A stretch of DNA of 64,000 nt from an uncultured Actinomycetes bacterium (GCA_963817255.1 CAWFNT010000004.1:168001-232000); one strand, 5' to 3'; positions 51,178-60,403 are shown, counted from the first letter of the stretch. The notes: generated by a model not told the origin, from the letters alone. Translations and numbers: made by a program.

Positions 51178-51624
51178 CTACTCCTCGGCGCCGAAACACT
51201 CCTCGTAGCTGCTGCACCCGGCGCAGCTGGGATTCAGTCAAGCGCTGAAGCCGGACCACCCGCACATGCGCTTGTACAGGAACTTCTTCCAGCGCATGTC
51301 CTTGTCGTTCTCTGCCTCGAGAGCAGGGAAGTGGGTACGCATGATGCGCCGCACCTCGTCGCGGCTCTCGACGCCCATGGAACGCCAAAGATGCCCTGGC
51401 TCGAGCGCGGATGAGGCGATCCACTCCGCCGTTCTCTGCGTCTGGTTGTCGCGGATAGCCGCGTGCTCCATCAGCAGTTCGACGAGGCTCCTGTACTCGT
51501 CGACACGGTTCCCTGGGATGTCGCGTGGGCCGCTCACCTCTCGACGATAGCACGCGTGCCCGGCAGCCATTGCCGGCCGGTCGAGAAACCGCACCACGTG
51601 AAGGCTATACTGAGTTTTAGGCAA
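51178..51624 (-). CDS. NifQ-family protein with an in-frame TGA at the first Cys position of the Cx4Cx2Cx5C motif
   Basis: ..DMRWKKFLYKRMCGWSGFSA-[TGA 51238-51240]-LNPSCAGCSSYEECFGAEE-TAG (51178-51180), all in one frame. MRWKKF.Y..C and SC..C..Y..CFG.E are NifQ hallmarks. TTG start at 51624. Confidence 0.7.
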
Positions 51625-51635
51625 TACGGCCTTTT

Positions 51636-51650
51636 TGGCATTTGATGCGC
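51636..51650 (+). promoter_or_regulatory. possible sigma-54-type promoter (TGGCAT-ttgat-GCGC)
   Basis: GG at 51637-51638 and GC at 51649-51650 have the canonical 12-nt register, and the -24 half TTGGCAT is good. The -12 half lacks the TT. It sits in the divergent nifQ-like/lipoprotein intergenic region, 133 nt upstream of ATG 51783. Confidence 0.3.
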
Positions 51651-51782
51651 TTCCAGCGGGGAATGTTCTCTGACGTCACAGCTGCCGCAGTGCGACGCGA
51701 ACAGGCGGATGAGGAGCCCAGCGATCCGGCGCGGGTGTAAGGCCGATGGGTCATGGGATGAGTGCCGAGCGGGTGATGCGAG

Positions 51783-52445
51783 ATGAGGGCCTACTGGATG
51801 TGGTTCGTTCGCACAGCGATATCGGTGCTGGTCGCGCTAATTCTGGTGACGACTCCGGCGTGCAAGTCGAAGGACACTCCGAATGTCGAGAAGCGAGGAG
51901 CCGTACAGTCGACGGGGACGGTGCAAGCCCAGATGCCTTCGGCGACGACGGCAACGACCGACGCCACCGGATCGGTTGCTGCAACCGGCACTCCACCGCC
52001 GACCGGAAGCACCGGCACGACGCCTGGTCAGACGAAGCCTTCGGCACCGACCATCTGGCCGACGAAACTCGGCCAGTTCGCGCGGGTTGTGAACAGCCCG
52101 ATCTGGTATCCGAAGACGCTACCGGCCGGTTGGAAGCTCGATTCCGTCGACGTGATCGAACTCGACAAGGGCACAGGCCTCGTAGCCAACATCATCTTCC
52201 TGAAGGGCGACAAGGGGCTCGTGCTCACGCAGGGGAGCCCTAAGCAGCGGTCCTACGACATCGTTTCGGCTGGGAGGGTGCCCTGGGGCTCCGAGACCGC
52301 CGACGTCATACACCAAGACCCGTCGGACCCCTCGTCGCCAGTGATCATCGTCTACAACAAGGGCGGCAACTTCGCCGAACTGCAGGGCGATCCGAGCGCT
52401 GAGGAGCTCAAGGCCATAGCGAAGGGCATGGTGCTGGTGAGGTAG
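51783..52445 (+). CDS. putative lipoprotein (DUF4367-like C-terminal domain)
   Basis: The signal/lipobox-like sequence is ..ISVLVALILVTTPAC, followed by a Thr/Pro-rich linker, then ..IWYPKTLPAGWKLDSVDVI.., reminiscent of DUF4367. Confidence 0.55.
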   Translation: MRAYWMWFVRTAISVLVALILVTTPACKSKDTPNVEKRGAVQSTGTVQAQMPSATTATTDATGSVAATGTPPPTGSTGTTPGQTKPSAPTIWPTKLGQFARVVNSPIWYPKTLPAGWKLDSVDVIELDKGTGLVANIIFLKGDKGLVLTQGSPKQRSYDIVSAGRVPWGSETADVIHQDPSDPSSPVIIVYNKGGNFAELQGDPSAEELKAIAKGMVLVR

Positions 52446-52591
52446 GTGCGGCAGAAGCAGGGTGCGATCGTGCCGTTTCGTCGGCACGTTCCGATCCCGG
52501 AGCGACGTGAGGTCAAGTGATCGCATCTGCTCCGGGGACGAAGGGTTTGGCGGAATACCGTCCGGCCTTCAAAGCGAGGAAAGGAGCGAGT

Positions 52592-53827
52592 ATGCGACAC
52601 GCTAGGGGCAAGGTCAGTCTAAGGAGCGTAACGCTGCTTGTCGCGAGCATGGTGCTCGTGGCGGCGGTGTTCCCGGCGATCGCGGCGGCCGCGACGCCAA
52701 AGCCGCCGTTGGTGTTGAGCAAGACGGTCATGGTGAAGGCGGCGCCGTTCAAGATCTACGGCAAGATGAGCCCGTTGCTGAAGGGCAAGAAGGTCTCGGT
52801 CATGATCCGCAAGCCCGGTCGTACGTTCTGGACGACCGTCGGCACTCCGACGATCGGCAAGACCGGAACCTACAGTCTCACGTACACGCCGAAGCTGGGC
52901 GGGACATTCCTAGTGCAGTCGCAATACGGAAGCACGAAGCTGGGGCTCTCACGAGTAGCGACCATGAAGTGCCTCAAGGGTCCGGGCGTGAGGTACGAGC
53001 TCAAGATGTCCTCGACGACTTCGACGAGAGACTCGGGCTTGTGGGAGGCGTTGAAGGTCAACTTCATCCAGCAGTGCCCCGAGTATGCGACGAAGGCTCG
53101 GTTCGTCGGCACAGGTGCGGCGATCGCTGACGGCTGCAACGGGAACGCGGATGTCCTGCTGGTACACAGCCCCGTACAGGAAGTCGCCTTCATGAAGGGC
53201 ATCGCGGCGGACGGAAGCACGTGCGCGTACAAAGGCCTGACTCGCTTCAAGGTCATGTACAACGACTTCATTCTCGTGGGCCCGAAGACGGATCCCGCGG
53301 ACATCGGAATCAGCGACACCGCGAAGACCGCCTTCGGCAAGGTGGCGGCCAAGGAGTCGAAGTTCTGGTCCCGGAACGACAAGTCCGGCACCAACACCAA
53401 GGAGAAGGAGATCTGGAAGTCGATCGGCGATCCCCAGCTCACGGCAGCCGGCAAGCCTCAGGCGTGGTATCAGGCCTCCGGCACGATGGGCATGGCAGCA
53501 GCCCTGTCTGCTTGCGATCAGGGCAACGGCTACACGCTCTCAGACCGTGCGACGTGGATGAACTGGCTGAACCTTCAGGACTTCAAACCCGGCAGCACGA
53601 CGGAGAAGAACGTCAGCATCGAGATCGTCAACGAGGGCGATTCGACGTACTTCAACCAGTACAGCGTGATGGAAGTCGCAAAGGCGAAGAACTGGGAAGG
53701 CGCGCAGGACTTCCGGCGCTGGATCATGTCCTCGGCCGCGCAGGCCATCATCAGGCAGTACGGCGAAGACACCTTCGGAAAGGCACTGTTCATTCCGAAC
53801 GCCGGTAGCTACCCCGCCGGTAGCTAG
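52592..53827 (+). CDS. tungstate/molybdate-type ABC substrate-binding protein (TupA-like) with an N-terminal beta-sandwich module
   Basis: ATG at 52592 follows AGGAAAGGAG, with a signal peptide. An about 90-aa module (..FKIYGKMSPLLKGKKVSVMIRKPGRTFWTTVG..GTYSLTYTPKLGGTFLVQSQY) precedes the PBP core with SSTTSTRDSGL, characteristic of TupA-type binders. Confidence 0.75.
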   Translation: MRHARGKVSLRSVTLLVASMVLVAAVFPAIAAAATPKPPLVLSKTVMVKAAPFKIYGKMSPLLKGKKVSVMIRKPGRTFWTTVGTPTIGKTGTYSLTYTPKLGGTFLVQSQYGSTKLGLSRVATMKCLKGPGVRYELKMSSTTSTRDSGLWEALKVNFIQQCPEYATKARFVGTGAAIADGCNGNADVLLVHSPVQEVAFMKGIAADGSTCAYKGLTRFKVMYNDFILVGPKTDPADIGISDTAKTAFGKVAAKESKFWSRNDKSGTNTKEKEIWKSIGDPQLTAAGKPQAWYQASGTMGMAAALSACDQGNGYTLSDRATWMNWLNLQDFKPGSTTEKNVSIEIVNEGDSTYFNQYSVMEVAKAKNWEGAQDFRRWIMSSAAQAIIRQYGEDTFGKALFIPNAGSYPAGS

Positions 53828-53983
53828 CAGGTTTCGTGGTCTATGCATGCGCCCCGGTCGGCTGCTGCGGCGGTCGGCCGGGGCGCGCTGGGTTGTGAGA
53901 TGCTGTCTGCTGTGGGATTCCTCGCGTGCGTCACGAGGCGGGACGTGGGTCCGCGGCGTCATCGGTGAGGTGGCTGGAGAGAC

Positions 53984-54688
53984 ATGGATATCTACCTCAA
54001 TGCCGTTGGCGGTGCGTTCCGGCTGCTCACAAGCGGCGACACGGGTGTCTATCCGGTGGTCCTGCTGTCGCTCAAGGTCTCCGGCTCGGCCGTGATCATC
54101 GCAAGCCTGATCGGCATCCCGTTCGGCTACATGCTCGGCATGACGAGGTTCGGCGGTCGTGCCGCGATCATTCTGCTGATCAACACCGCGATGGGTTTTC
54201 CGCCCGTCGTGATAGGCCTCTTCGTCTACATGGCGCTGTCGCGAAACGGGCCTCTGGGATTCCTGGACCTGCTGTTCACACCCCAAGGAATGGTCATCGC
54301 TCAAGTCATCCTGGCCGTGCCGCTCGTCGTCGGAGTGACGACTGCCGCCGTGGCCGCCGTCGCTCGCGACCTGCGCCTCCAACTCCGGGCGCTCGGAGCT
54401 TCGCGTGTGCAGCTCGGAATCGCGGTCTTGAAAGAGGCGCGCGGCGGGGTGATGGTCTCGATTATCGCCGGATTCGGGGCGATCATCTCCGAGGTAGGCG
54501 CGGTGTCCATCGTCGGCGGTGGCATCGAGGGCTACACGGACGTGATGACCACCGCGATCCTCGCCAATGTGAACCGCGGAGACCTGACGACGGCCATGGC
54601 GTGGGCAATGGTTCTCATCGGCATCGCGCTCACGGTCAACATCGCTCTCACGACGCTCCAGAACACGGGGACCGCGTATGAGCGCTGA
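53984..54688 (+). CDS. ABC transporter permease (TupB-like)
   Basis: Five or six TM helices and the EAA-like loop region ..LRALGASRVQLGIAVLKEARG... Confidence 0.85.
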   Translation: MDIYLNAVGGAFRLLTSGDTGVYPVVLLSLKVSGSAVIIASLIGIPFGYMLGMTRFGGRAAIILLINTAMGFPPVVIGLFVYMALSRNGPLGFLDLLFTPQGMVIAQVILAVPLVVGVTTAAVAAVARDLRLQLRALGASRVQLGIAVLKEARGGVMVSIIAGFGAIISEVGAVSIVGGGIEGYTDVMTTAILANVNRGDLTTAMAWAMVLIGIALTVNIALTTLQNTGTAYER

Positions 54689-55841
54689 GTCGGCAGCGAC
54701 AGATGTGTCGCGGCCGTCCCGGGCGCCCTCGGTCCGCGGCGAAGGGCTGCGCGTCGAGTATCGGCGCAGGACCGTGTTGGACGTTGAGAGCATTACGCTC
54801 CCCGCCGGACAGACGTACGTTCTCCTCGGAGCGTCGGGAGCCGGCAAGTCCACGCTGCTACGTGTCTTGGGCATGCTCGAACGCCCGACTGCAGGGACGG
54901 TGTTCTTCGATGGCGTGGCGGTTGAGAAGCGCACACTGGCCGAACGCCGCCGGATCGCTGCGGTCTTCCAGAAGCCCTATCTGCTGCGCGGCAATGTCGG
55001 AGCCAATGTCGGATACGGTCTGAAGCTCCGTGGCGTACCCGCGGGCGAACGCGCAGAGCGCGTCGCGCAGGTCCTCGATCGAGTAGGCCTGTCGGGTTGG
55101 GAGCCACGCTCGGCGCTCACGCTATCGGGCGGCGAAGCGCAGCGTGTCGCCCTCGCCCGCGCCCTGGTGCTGGAGCCGCATCTGCTGCTGCTGGACGAGC
55201 CGCTGTCCTATATGGACCCGCTGCTCAAACGCAAACTGACGATCGAGTTTGCGGGGATCCTCGCTGGAGAGCACGTAACCACCCTCTACGTGACGCACGA
55301 TCAGGAGGAGGCTGCCGTAGTCGCCGACCGGATCGGCATCATGCGCGAGGGGAGGATCGTTTCCGATGGAGATCCCGCTACCGTCCTCACGCTCCCCGAG
55401 GATGAATGGGTCGCGTCGTTCGTCGGTACCGAGACACCTTTTGAGGGCGTGGTCGCGGAGCGCGAAGATGGCATTGTGCGGATCGACTGCGACGGGCAGT
55501 CGGTGTACGGGATCGGGGACCTCCCCGTGGGCGAGTCGGCGATCGCGGGCGTCCGGCCCGAAGACGTTGTCTTGTTCGAGCCGGACGTCGAGCTTCCAGC
55601 AACCTCGGCGCGGAACCAGATGGAGGGCGAGATCGTCGGGCTTACGCAGGACGGTTCGATGGTTCAGGTTGTGGTGGCGAGCGGTTGCGTGAGAGTGGCG
55701 TCCCGTGTCTCGAGACTCTCGGCGGCCTCGCTCGACCTTCGGATCGGATCGCGGGTGAAGGTCCTGTTCAAGGCGAGTGCGGTGCGTACGCGCCGAGCAG
55801 CGGGTCACACGGACCAGACGCGCGGCGATGGCGTCGGCTGA
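54678..55841 (+). CDS. ABC transporter ATP-binding protein with C-terminal TOBE-like domain (TupC/ModC-like)
   Basis: Walker A is GASGAGKST, the signature is LSGGEAQRV, and Walker B is LLLLDEPLS. The C-terminal about 130 aa is a beta-rich TOBE-like extension. The start overlaps the upstream gene. Confidence 0.9.
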   Translation: MSAESAATDVSRPSRAPSVRGEGLRVEYRRRTVLDVESITLPAGQTYVLLGASGAGKSTLLRVLGMLERPTAGTVFFDGVAVEKRTLAERRRIAAVFQKPYLLRGNVGANVGYGLKLRGVPAGERAERVAQVLDRVGLSGWEPRSALTLSGGEAQRVALARALVLEPHLLLLDEPLSYMDPLLKRKLTIEFAGILAGEHVTTLYVTHDQEEAAVVADRIGIMREGRIVSDGDPATVLTLPEDEWVASFVGTETPFEGVVAEREDGIVRIDCDGQSVYGIGDLPVGESAIAGVRPEDVVLFEPDVELPATSARNQMEGEIVGLTQDGSMVQVVVASGCVRVASRVSRLSAASLDLRIGSRVKVLFKASAVRTRRAAGHTDQTRGDGVG

Positions 55842-55991
55842 CGGTTGTCCGCTCGGCCTCCGTTTGGCTATACTTCCTGTGTGAGCCGACTGTGGCTCGC
55901 AGGTTCGCGGCGCGACGCCCCTCGGTGTCTGGCAAGTCGGGGACGGAGCGTCGCCTTTTTGTTGCCCTGCGGGGCGGAGAGTGAGTTTGGA

Positions 55992-56195
55992 ATGGCTGAA
56001 GGTACTGTGAAGTGGTTCAATCCGGACAAAGGCTATGGCTTCATCTCTCGCGAGGACGGCGAGGACCTCTTCGTCCATTTCTCCGAGATCAACATGGACG
56101 GCTTCAAGACCCTCGATGAGGGCCAGGCCGTCGTGTTCGAGGTGACAACCGGTCAGAACGGCAAGCTGCAGGCGAGCAACGTCCACAAGGCGTAG
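55992..56195 (+). CDS. cspA: cold-shock protein (CspA family)
   Basis: [33 protein letters not shown].. contains the RNP1/RNP2 motifs. A long 5' leader (about 150 nt) is typical of csp genes. Confidence 0.95.
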   Translation: MAEGTVKWFNPDKGYGFISREDGEDLFVHFSEINMDGFKTLDEGQAVVFEVTTGQNGKLQASNVHKA

Positions 56196-56217
56196 TTCGA
56201 ACCTCAGACGCAAGTGC

Positions 56218-56250
56218 GAGGGCGGCCCGGCGGGCCGCCCTCTTGCTTTC
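56218..56250. terminator. rho-independent terminator (bidirectional, between cspA and the convergent membrane protein gene)
   Basis: GAGGGCGGCCC-ggc-GGGCCGCCCTC is a perfect 11-bp stem, followed by TTGCTTTC. Confidence 0.8.
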
Positions 56251-56995
56251 AGCTCGTAACGACGACTGACGCGCCGGGGTCGAGCGGGTTCGTCCGCACG
56301 GCGAGCGAGAACAGGTGGGGATACTGCGTCTGCAGGTGGCGCATGTAGTCGAGCCACTCGAGGATGAGCAGCTCGTAGGCGCGTTTGGCGTCGAGCGCGA
56401 CGTGCCCCGCATCCGCTCCTACCAGGCACGAAACGTCGGGCCGTACCGCGAGTTCCTCGGCGAGGTGGAAGACGGCCCACAGCAGATCGGTGAACGTCTC
56501 GTGCTCGAGAAGGTTCTGGTTCTCGAGGAGACCTAGCAGGAATGAACGCTCGGCGAGAAGGAGCGTCTTGAGTGCTGGCAGGTCGCCGCACTCGAGCTCG
56601 ATGGTGAAGTCGAAACCGCGCAGGGTCGCCTTGGCGCGCGCGTAGTCCTCGGCGGTCCACGTGGGCTTCACGATCACGGCCGGACGGATCTGTTCGAAGT
56701 CGCTGTCGAATGACGCGATGACACCCATGAGCGTGGTACCGACCTCGGCGTAGAACGCGCCGATGACCATGTTGAGCTTCTGCTTCATCGACTCGAGTTC
56801 TATGCGCCTGATCACGCGGTCGATCACGAGCCAGACGATGAGCGCCTGGATGAGCAGGAAGGCGATGTCGTCCATGAGGTAGCGCAGCATCTCGTCGGTA
56901 TGATCGAAGATCGCCGCCCTCGCGGCGTAGGTGAGGACGGCGATGACGATAACGGCTATCGCTATCCGGATCTCAGTTCGCCGCTGGTTCTTCAT
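56249..56995 (-). CDS. hypothetical membrane protein (2 N-terminal TM helices plus a cytoplasmic domain)
   Basis: 248-aa ORF with good coding periodicity, IAIAVIVIAVLTYAARAAIF and IAFLLIQALIVWLVI helices, and no recognised family. Confidence 0.55.
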   Translation of the reverse strand: MKNQRRTEIRIAIAVIVIAVLTYAARAAIFDHTDEMLRYLMDDIAFLLIQALIVWLVIDRVIRRIELESMKQKLNMVIGAFYAEVGTTLMGVIASFDSDFEQIRPAVIVKPTWTAEDYARAKATLRGFDFTIELECGDLPALKTLLLAERSFLLGLLENQNLLEHETFTDLLWAVFHLAEELAVRPDVSCLVGADAGHVALDAKRAYELLILEWLDYMRHLQTQYPHLFSLAVRTNPLDPGASVVVTS

Positions 56996-57046
56996 GCGTG
57001 CGCTGCTCCCGGGCCCGCGGATTGGGGCGTCTCAGGTAGAGTTGCC

Positions 57047-57403
57047 ATGAACCAAGTCTACCCGTCCCGGCCGGCGAGGAGAGGAAGGCGTGTGCTCTTT
57101 CGAATCCGCAGAGCAGGCGTCGCGCTCGCTCTCACCGTGTCACTGGGTGCTGTCGCCGCCGGGTGTGCCGCGTCATCGGGGAGCGGAGGGGCGTCCGGTC
57201 AACCCCCGTCCGGTGCGGCCGCGGAAGCAGGGCGCGAGCTGGTCGCCACCAAGTGCGTGAGATGTCACACCCTCGACCGCGTCCAGAGGGCTCGACGGAA
57301 CCGGGCCGCCTGGCAGCTCACGATATCGAGAATGCGCGCGCACGGCCTCATTCTGAGCGCGGACGACGAGCAGAAGGTGCTCGACTACCTCGAAAGCAAG
57401 TAG
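57047..57403 (+). CDS. small lipoprotein with a single CxxCH haem-binding motif (putative monohaem c-type cytochrome)
   Basis: The signal/lipobox is ..ALALTVSLGAVAAGC. The motif is KCVRCH, followed by ..AAWQLTISRMRAHGLILS..VLDYLESK. Confidence 0.55.
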   Translation: MNQVYPSRPARRGRRVLFRIRRAGVALALTVSLGAVAAGCAASSGSGGASGQPPSGAAAEAGRELVATKCVRCHTLDRVQRARRNRAAWQLTISRMRAHGLILSADDEQKVLDYLESK

Positions 57404-57420
57404 CGCGGCTCGCGACCGTT

Positions 57421-58449
57421 CTAGCGCACGAGACCGCGCGGACGGCCTCCGCCGTTGCCGCCCTTGAAGGCTCGCTCGGTCGCCTCGGGCACCAGGAGGT
57501 GGGCGGCGCCCGGCAGGACTCGCACGCCGAAGGGGGTCGTGAACTCGACGGCTTCGCCGTCGTACTGGAGTCGCAATGGGGGGTCGGACTCCACGAGGAT
57601 CTCGCGCGCGGACTCGATCTCGAGCGGGCCGCGCTCCGGGCGCTGGACCACCCGGTCCAAGATCGCGTCCCAAAGCGCCGGCAGCAATCCCACCGCCGTT
57701 CGCGAGCGGAGCAGAGCGACCTCGAGGCAGCCATCGGTGGGGTTGGAGTCATGCGTGATCGAGAGATCGAACTGCAGCCGGCTGATGTTGACGACCAGGA
57801 CTGCGATGCCCTCGGTGGACATCTCCCGTCCGTCGAGCACCACCCGGAATGCCGCGCGGGTGGGTGTGAGGTTCTGCATGACCGCGGCGAAGTACGCGAG
57901 CACTCCCATCGCGGGCTTCAGGGCCTGAGCCGCCTCCATGAGCGAGGCGTCGAAGCCGGCGCCCGCTGCGACCATGAAGCCTCTGCGCTCGTGAGGCTCG
58001 AGCGGTTCTGAACTGCCGAGGTGCGTGAGCTCGCCGATGTCCAGATCCAGACAGCGGCCCGACAGCGTGATATCCGCGAGTGCCTGGGGATCGGCCGGCA
58101 TACGCAGGTTCGATGCGATGAGGTTCGCAGTCCCGCTCGGATAGAGGAGGAGGGGAGTCCGACACTCCCTGAGCGCGTACGCCAGCGCCGAAGCCGTGCC
58201 GTCGCCGCCTCCGGCGACGACGCGGTCGAATGCCTCGGCGTCGTGTACCAAGTCGGCAAGGCGCCCTCGGCCGTTGAAGTAGCGAAGCACGACTTCGCAA
58301 TCGCGCTGGCCCAGTGCGTGGACGAGATCGTAGATGCCCGCGTCTCCGTACCCGGCCAGCACGTTGCTCACGACAAGTACGCGCACCGGATCCTCCGCGG
58401 TCGTTCCCGTTTGTTCGCGTGCCGTCCCCTCGGCTAAGGTACTCATCAT
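57421..58449 (-). CDS. diacylglycerol-kinase-family lipid kinase (YegS/BmrU type)
   Basis: ..RVLVVSNVLAGYG.., VVAGGGDGTASALAYAL and LLLYPSGTANLIASNL. Start at one of two adjacent ATGs (58449/58446). Confidence 0.85.
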   Translation of the reverse strand: MMSTLAEGTAREQTGTTAEDPVRVLVVSNVLAGYGDAGIYDLVHALGQRDCEVVLRYFNGRGRLADLVHDAEAFDRVVAGGGDGTASALAYALRECRTPLLLYPSGTANLIASNLRMPADPQALADITLSGRCLDLDIGELTHLGSSEPLEPHERRGFMVAAGAGFDASLMEAAQALKPAMGVLAYFAAVMQNLTPTRAAFRVVLDGREMSTEGIAVLVVNISRLQFDLSITHDSNPTDGCLEVALLRSRTAVGLLPALWDAILDRVVQRPERGPLEIESAREILVESDPPLRLQYDGEAVEFTTPFGVRVLPGAAHLLVPEATERAFKGGNGGGRPRGLVR

Positions 58450-58504
58450 ACCGATTCGAGGATGGACGGTCTGCGGCACGAGCGCCGCAGTGCGAGGAGC
58501 CCGG

Positions 58505-59647
58505 GTGCTCACTACCACGACAGAGATCGCCGAGTTCGCCGAAAGGGCGCGAAGATCGACCGCCATGGGCATGGACACGGAGTTCATGCGCGAACGCACG
58601 TACTACACGCGTTTGTGCCTCATCCAGTGCTCCCTTGCCGAAGAGACGGTGATCATCGATCCGTTCACGGTGGAGGACCTGACTCCGCTGTTCGAGATCT
58701 TGTGCGACGCGAATGTCGTGAAGGTGTTCCACGCAGGCACGCAGGACCTCGAGATCTTCTACAGGCTGATGGGGGAGACCACCGCGCCGGTCTTCGACAC
58801 GCAACTTGCCGCCAACCTCGCCGGATTCCCGCAGCAGACCGGGTATGCGGCGCTCGTCAAGGACCTGATGGGCGTGCAGCTGGACAAGGCCGACACGTTC
58901 ACTGACTGGGCGCGACGACCGCTCACGAAGGCGCAGACCGAGTACGCGCACGACGATGTTCGCTACCTGCTTCCCATCTACGAGAAGCTCCTTCGCGCGC
59001 TCGAGAGGGATGAGAGGATCGAGTGGCTGGAGAAGGACTTCGCACGCCTCGCGGATCCTTCCTTCTACGACGTCGTGCCAGAAGAGCAGTGGCGGCGCGT
59101 CAAGCGAGTCTCGGCGCTGAATCGACGTCAGCTCGCCGTCGCCCGCGAGGTGGCAGCCTGGCGCGAGCGCGAGGCGCAGGAACGGGACATGCCCAAGCGC
59201 TGGGTACTCTCGGACGAGAGCTTGATCGAGGTATCCCGCCGGATGCCGGCGACCGAGGAGGACCTGGGCGGCATACGCGGGGTGAAGGACAAGCTTCCTC
59301 GGCGGAAGTACATCGGCGTGCTCGAAGCTGTCGCGCTGGGGCGGGCGGTCCCCGAGGATCTGCTGCCGGTGCTCGACCGCCGTCGTCGACGCGCCGCTCA
59401 GGACACCGACGCAGCGGTCGACCTCATGGTGGCGCTCGTCCGCATGCGCGCCCGCGAACACGGCGTCGCCATGCCCATTCTCGCCTCCCGCGACGATCTC
59501 GAACGGCTCGCTTCCGGAGATCGGGAGGCGCATGCACTCCTCGAAGGGTGGCGACGGGAGATCGTCGGCGAGGAGCTGCTCGCGCTCCTCGAGGGACGTA
59601 TCGGTCTGGCGCTGAAGGACGGCGTACTGGTGGTAGAAGAGCGGTAG
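58505..59647 (+). CDS. rnd: ribonuclease D
   Basis: DEDD exonuclease motifs are MGMDTEF, VKVFHAGTQDLE and YAHDDVRYL, followed by an HRDC-like region. GTG start at 58505. Confidence 0.85.
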   Translation: MLTTTTEIAEFAERARRSTAMGMDTEFMRERTYYTRLCLIQCSLAEETVIIDPFTVEDLTPLFEILCDANVVKVFHAGTQDLEIFYRLMGETTAPVFDTQLAANLAGFPQQTGYAALVKDLMGVQLDKADTFTDWARRPLTKAQTEYAHDDVRYLLPIYEKLLRALERDERIEWLEKDFARLADPSFYDVVPEEQWRRVKRVSALNRRQLAVAREVAAWREREAQERDMPKRWVLSDESLIEVSRRMPATEEDLGGIRGVKDKLPRRKYIGVLEAVALGRAVPEDLLPVLDRRRRRAAQDTDAAVDLMVALVRMRAREHGVAMPILASRDDLERLASGDREAHALLEGWRREIVGEELLALLEGRIGLALKDGVLVVEER

Positions 59648-59713
59648 GGTGTTTGCTCGTACACGAGTGACGAGGGCTTATGGAAGCCTCGGCGCCGCAC
59701 TATCAAGGAGGTC

Positions 59714-60403
59714 GTGTTCGTGATCTACGGATTCAATCCGGCGTGGCTGCTACTCATGGTCGTGTCGACGATCCTTGGTTTGATCACGCAGGGTTACGTG
59801 AAGTCCACGTACAGGAAGTGGAGCAAGGTACCTCTCGCATCAGGTCTCAGCGGAGCTCAAGTGGCCCGCAACATCCTGGACGCGGACGGATTGCGCCAGG
59901 TCGGTATCGCGGAGATAGCGGGCAACCTCACTGACAACTACGACCCGAGAGTGCGCAAGCTCTCTCTGTCCCAGGGCGTGTACGGTGGCGCGAGCGTCGC
60001 GGCGGCGGGGGTCGCGGCGCACGAGAGCGGTCACGCGCTTCAGCACGCCCACGGGTACAGTTGGGCAGCCGTTCGGAGCGCGATCGTGCCGGTCGCGAAC
60101 ATCGGGTCCGGCATCTCGTGGATTCTCATCTTCGTGGGATTCTGGCTGAACATCGGTGGTCTCATCTACCTCGGGATCGCCTTCTACGCAGCAGCCGTGC
60201 TGTTCACGATCGTGACGCTGCCGGTCGAGTTCGACGCGTCCAAGAGGGCACTCGTCCAGCTCGAGACCGTAGGTGGCTTGCCTCCGGAGCAGGTCTCGGG
60301 CGCCCGGCAGGTGCTCACAGCGGCCGCCATGACGTATGTCGCGGCGGCGCTCATCGCGGCACTGCAGCTGCTCTACTTCCTCTTGCTGGCCCGGGATCGC
60401 TAG
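59714..60403 (+). CDS. putative neutral zinc metallopeptidase (Zn_peptidase_2 family), membrane protein
   Basis: GTG follows AAGGAGG. The HESGHALQH motif is present with four TM helices. Confidence 0.85.
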   Translation: MFVIYGFNPAWLLLMVVSTILGLITQGYVKSTYRKWSKVPLASGLSGAQVARNILDADGLRQVGIAEIAGNLTDNYDPRVRKLSLSQGVYGGASVAAAGVAAHESGHALQHAHGYSWAAVRSAIVPVANIGSGISWILIFVGFWLNIGGLIYLGIAFYAAAVLFTIVTLPVEFDASKRALVQLETVGGLPPEQVSGARQVLTAAAMTYVAAALIAALQLLYFLLLARDR

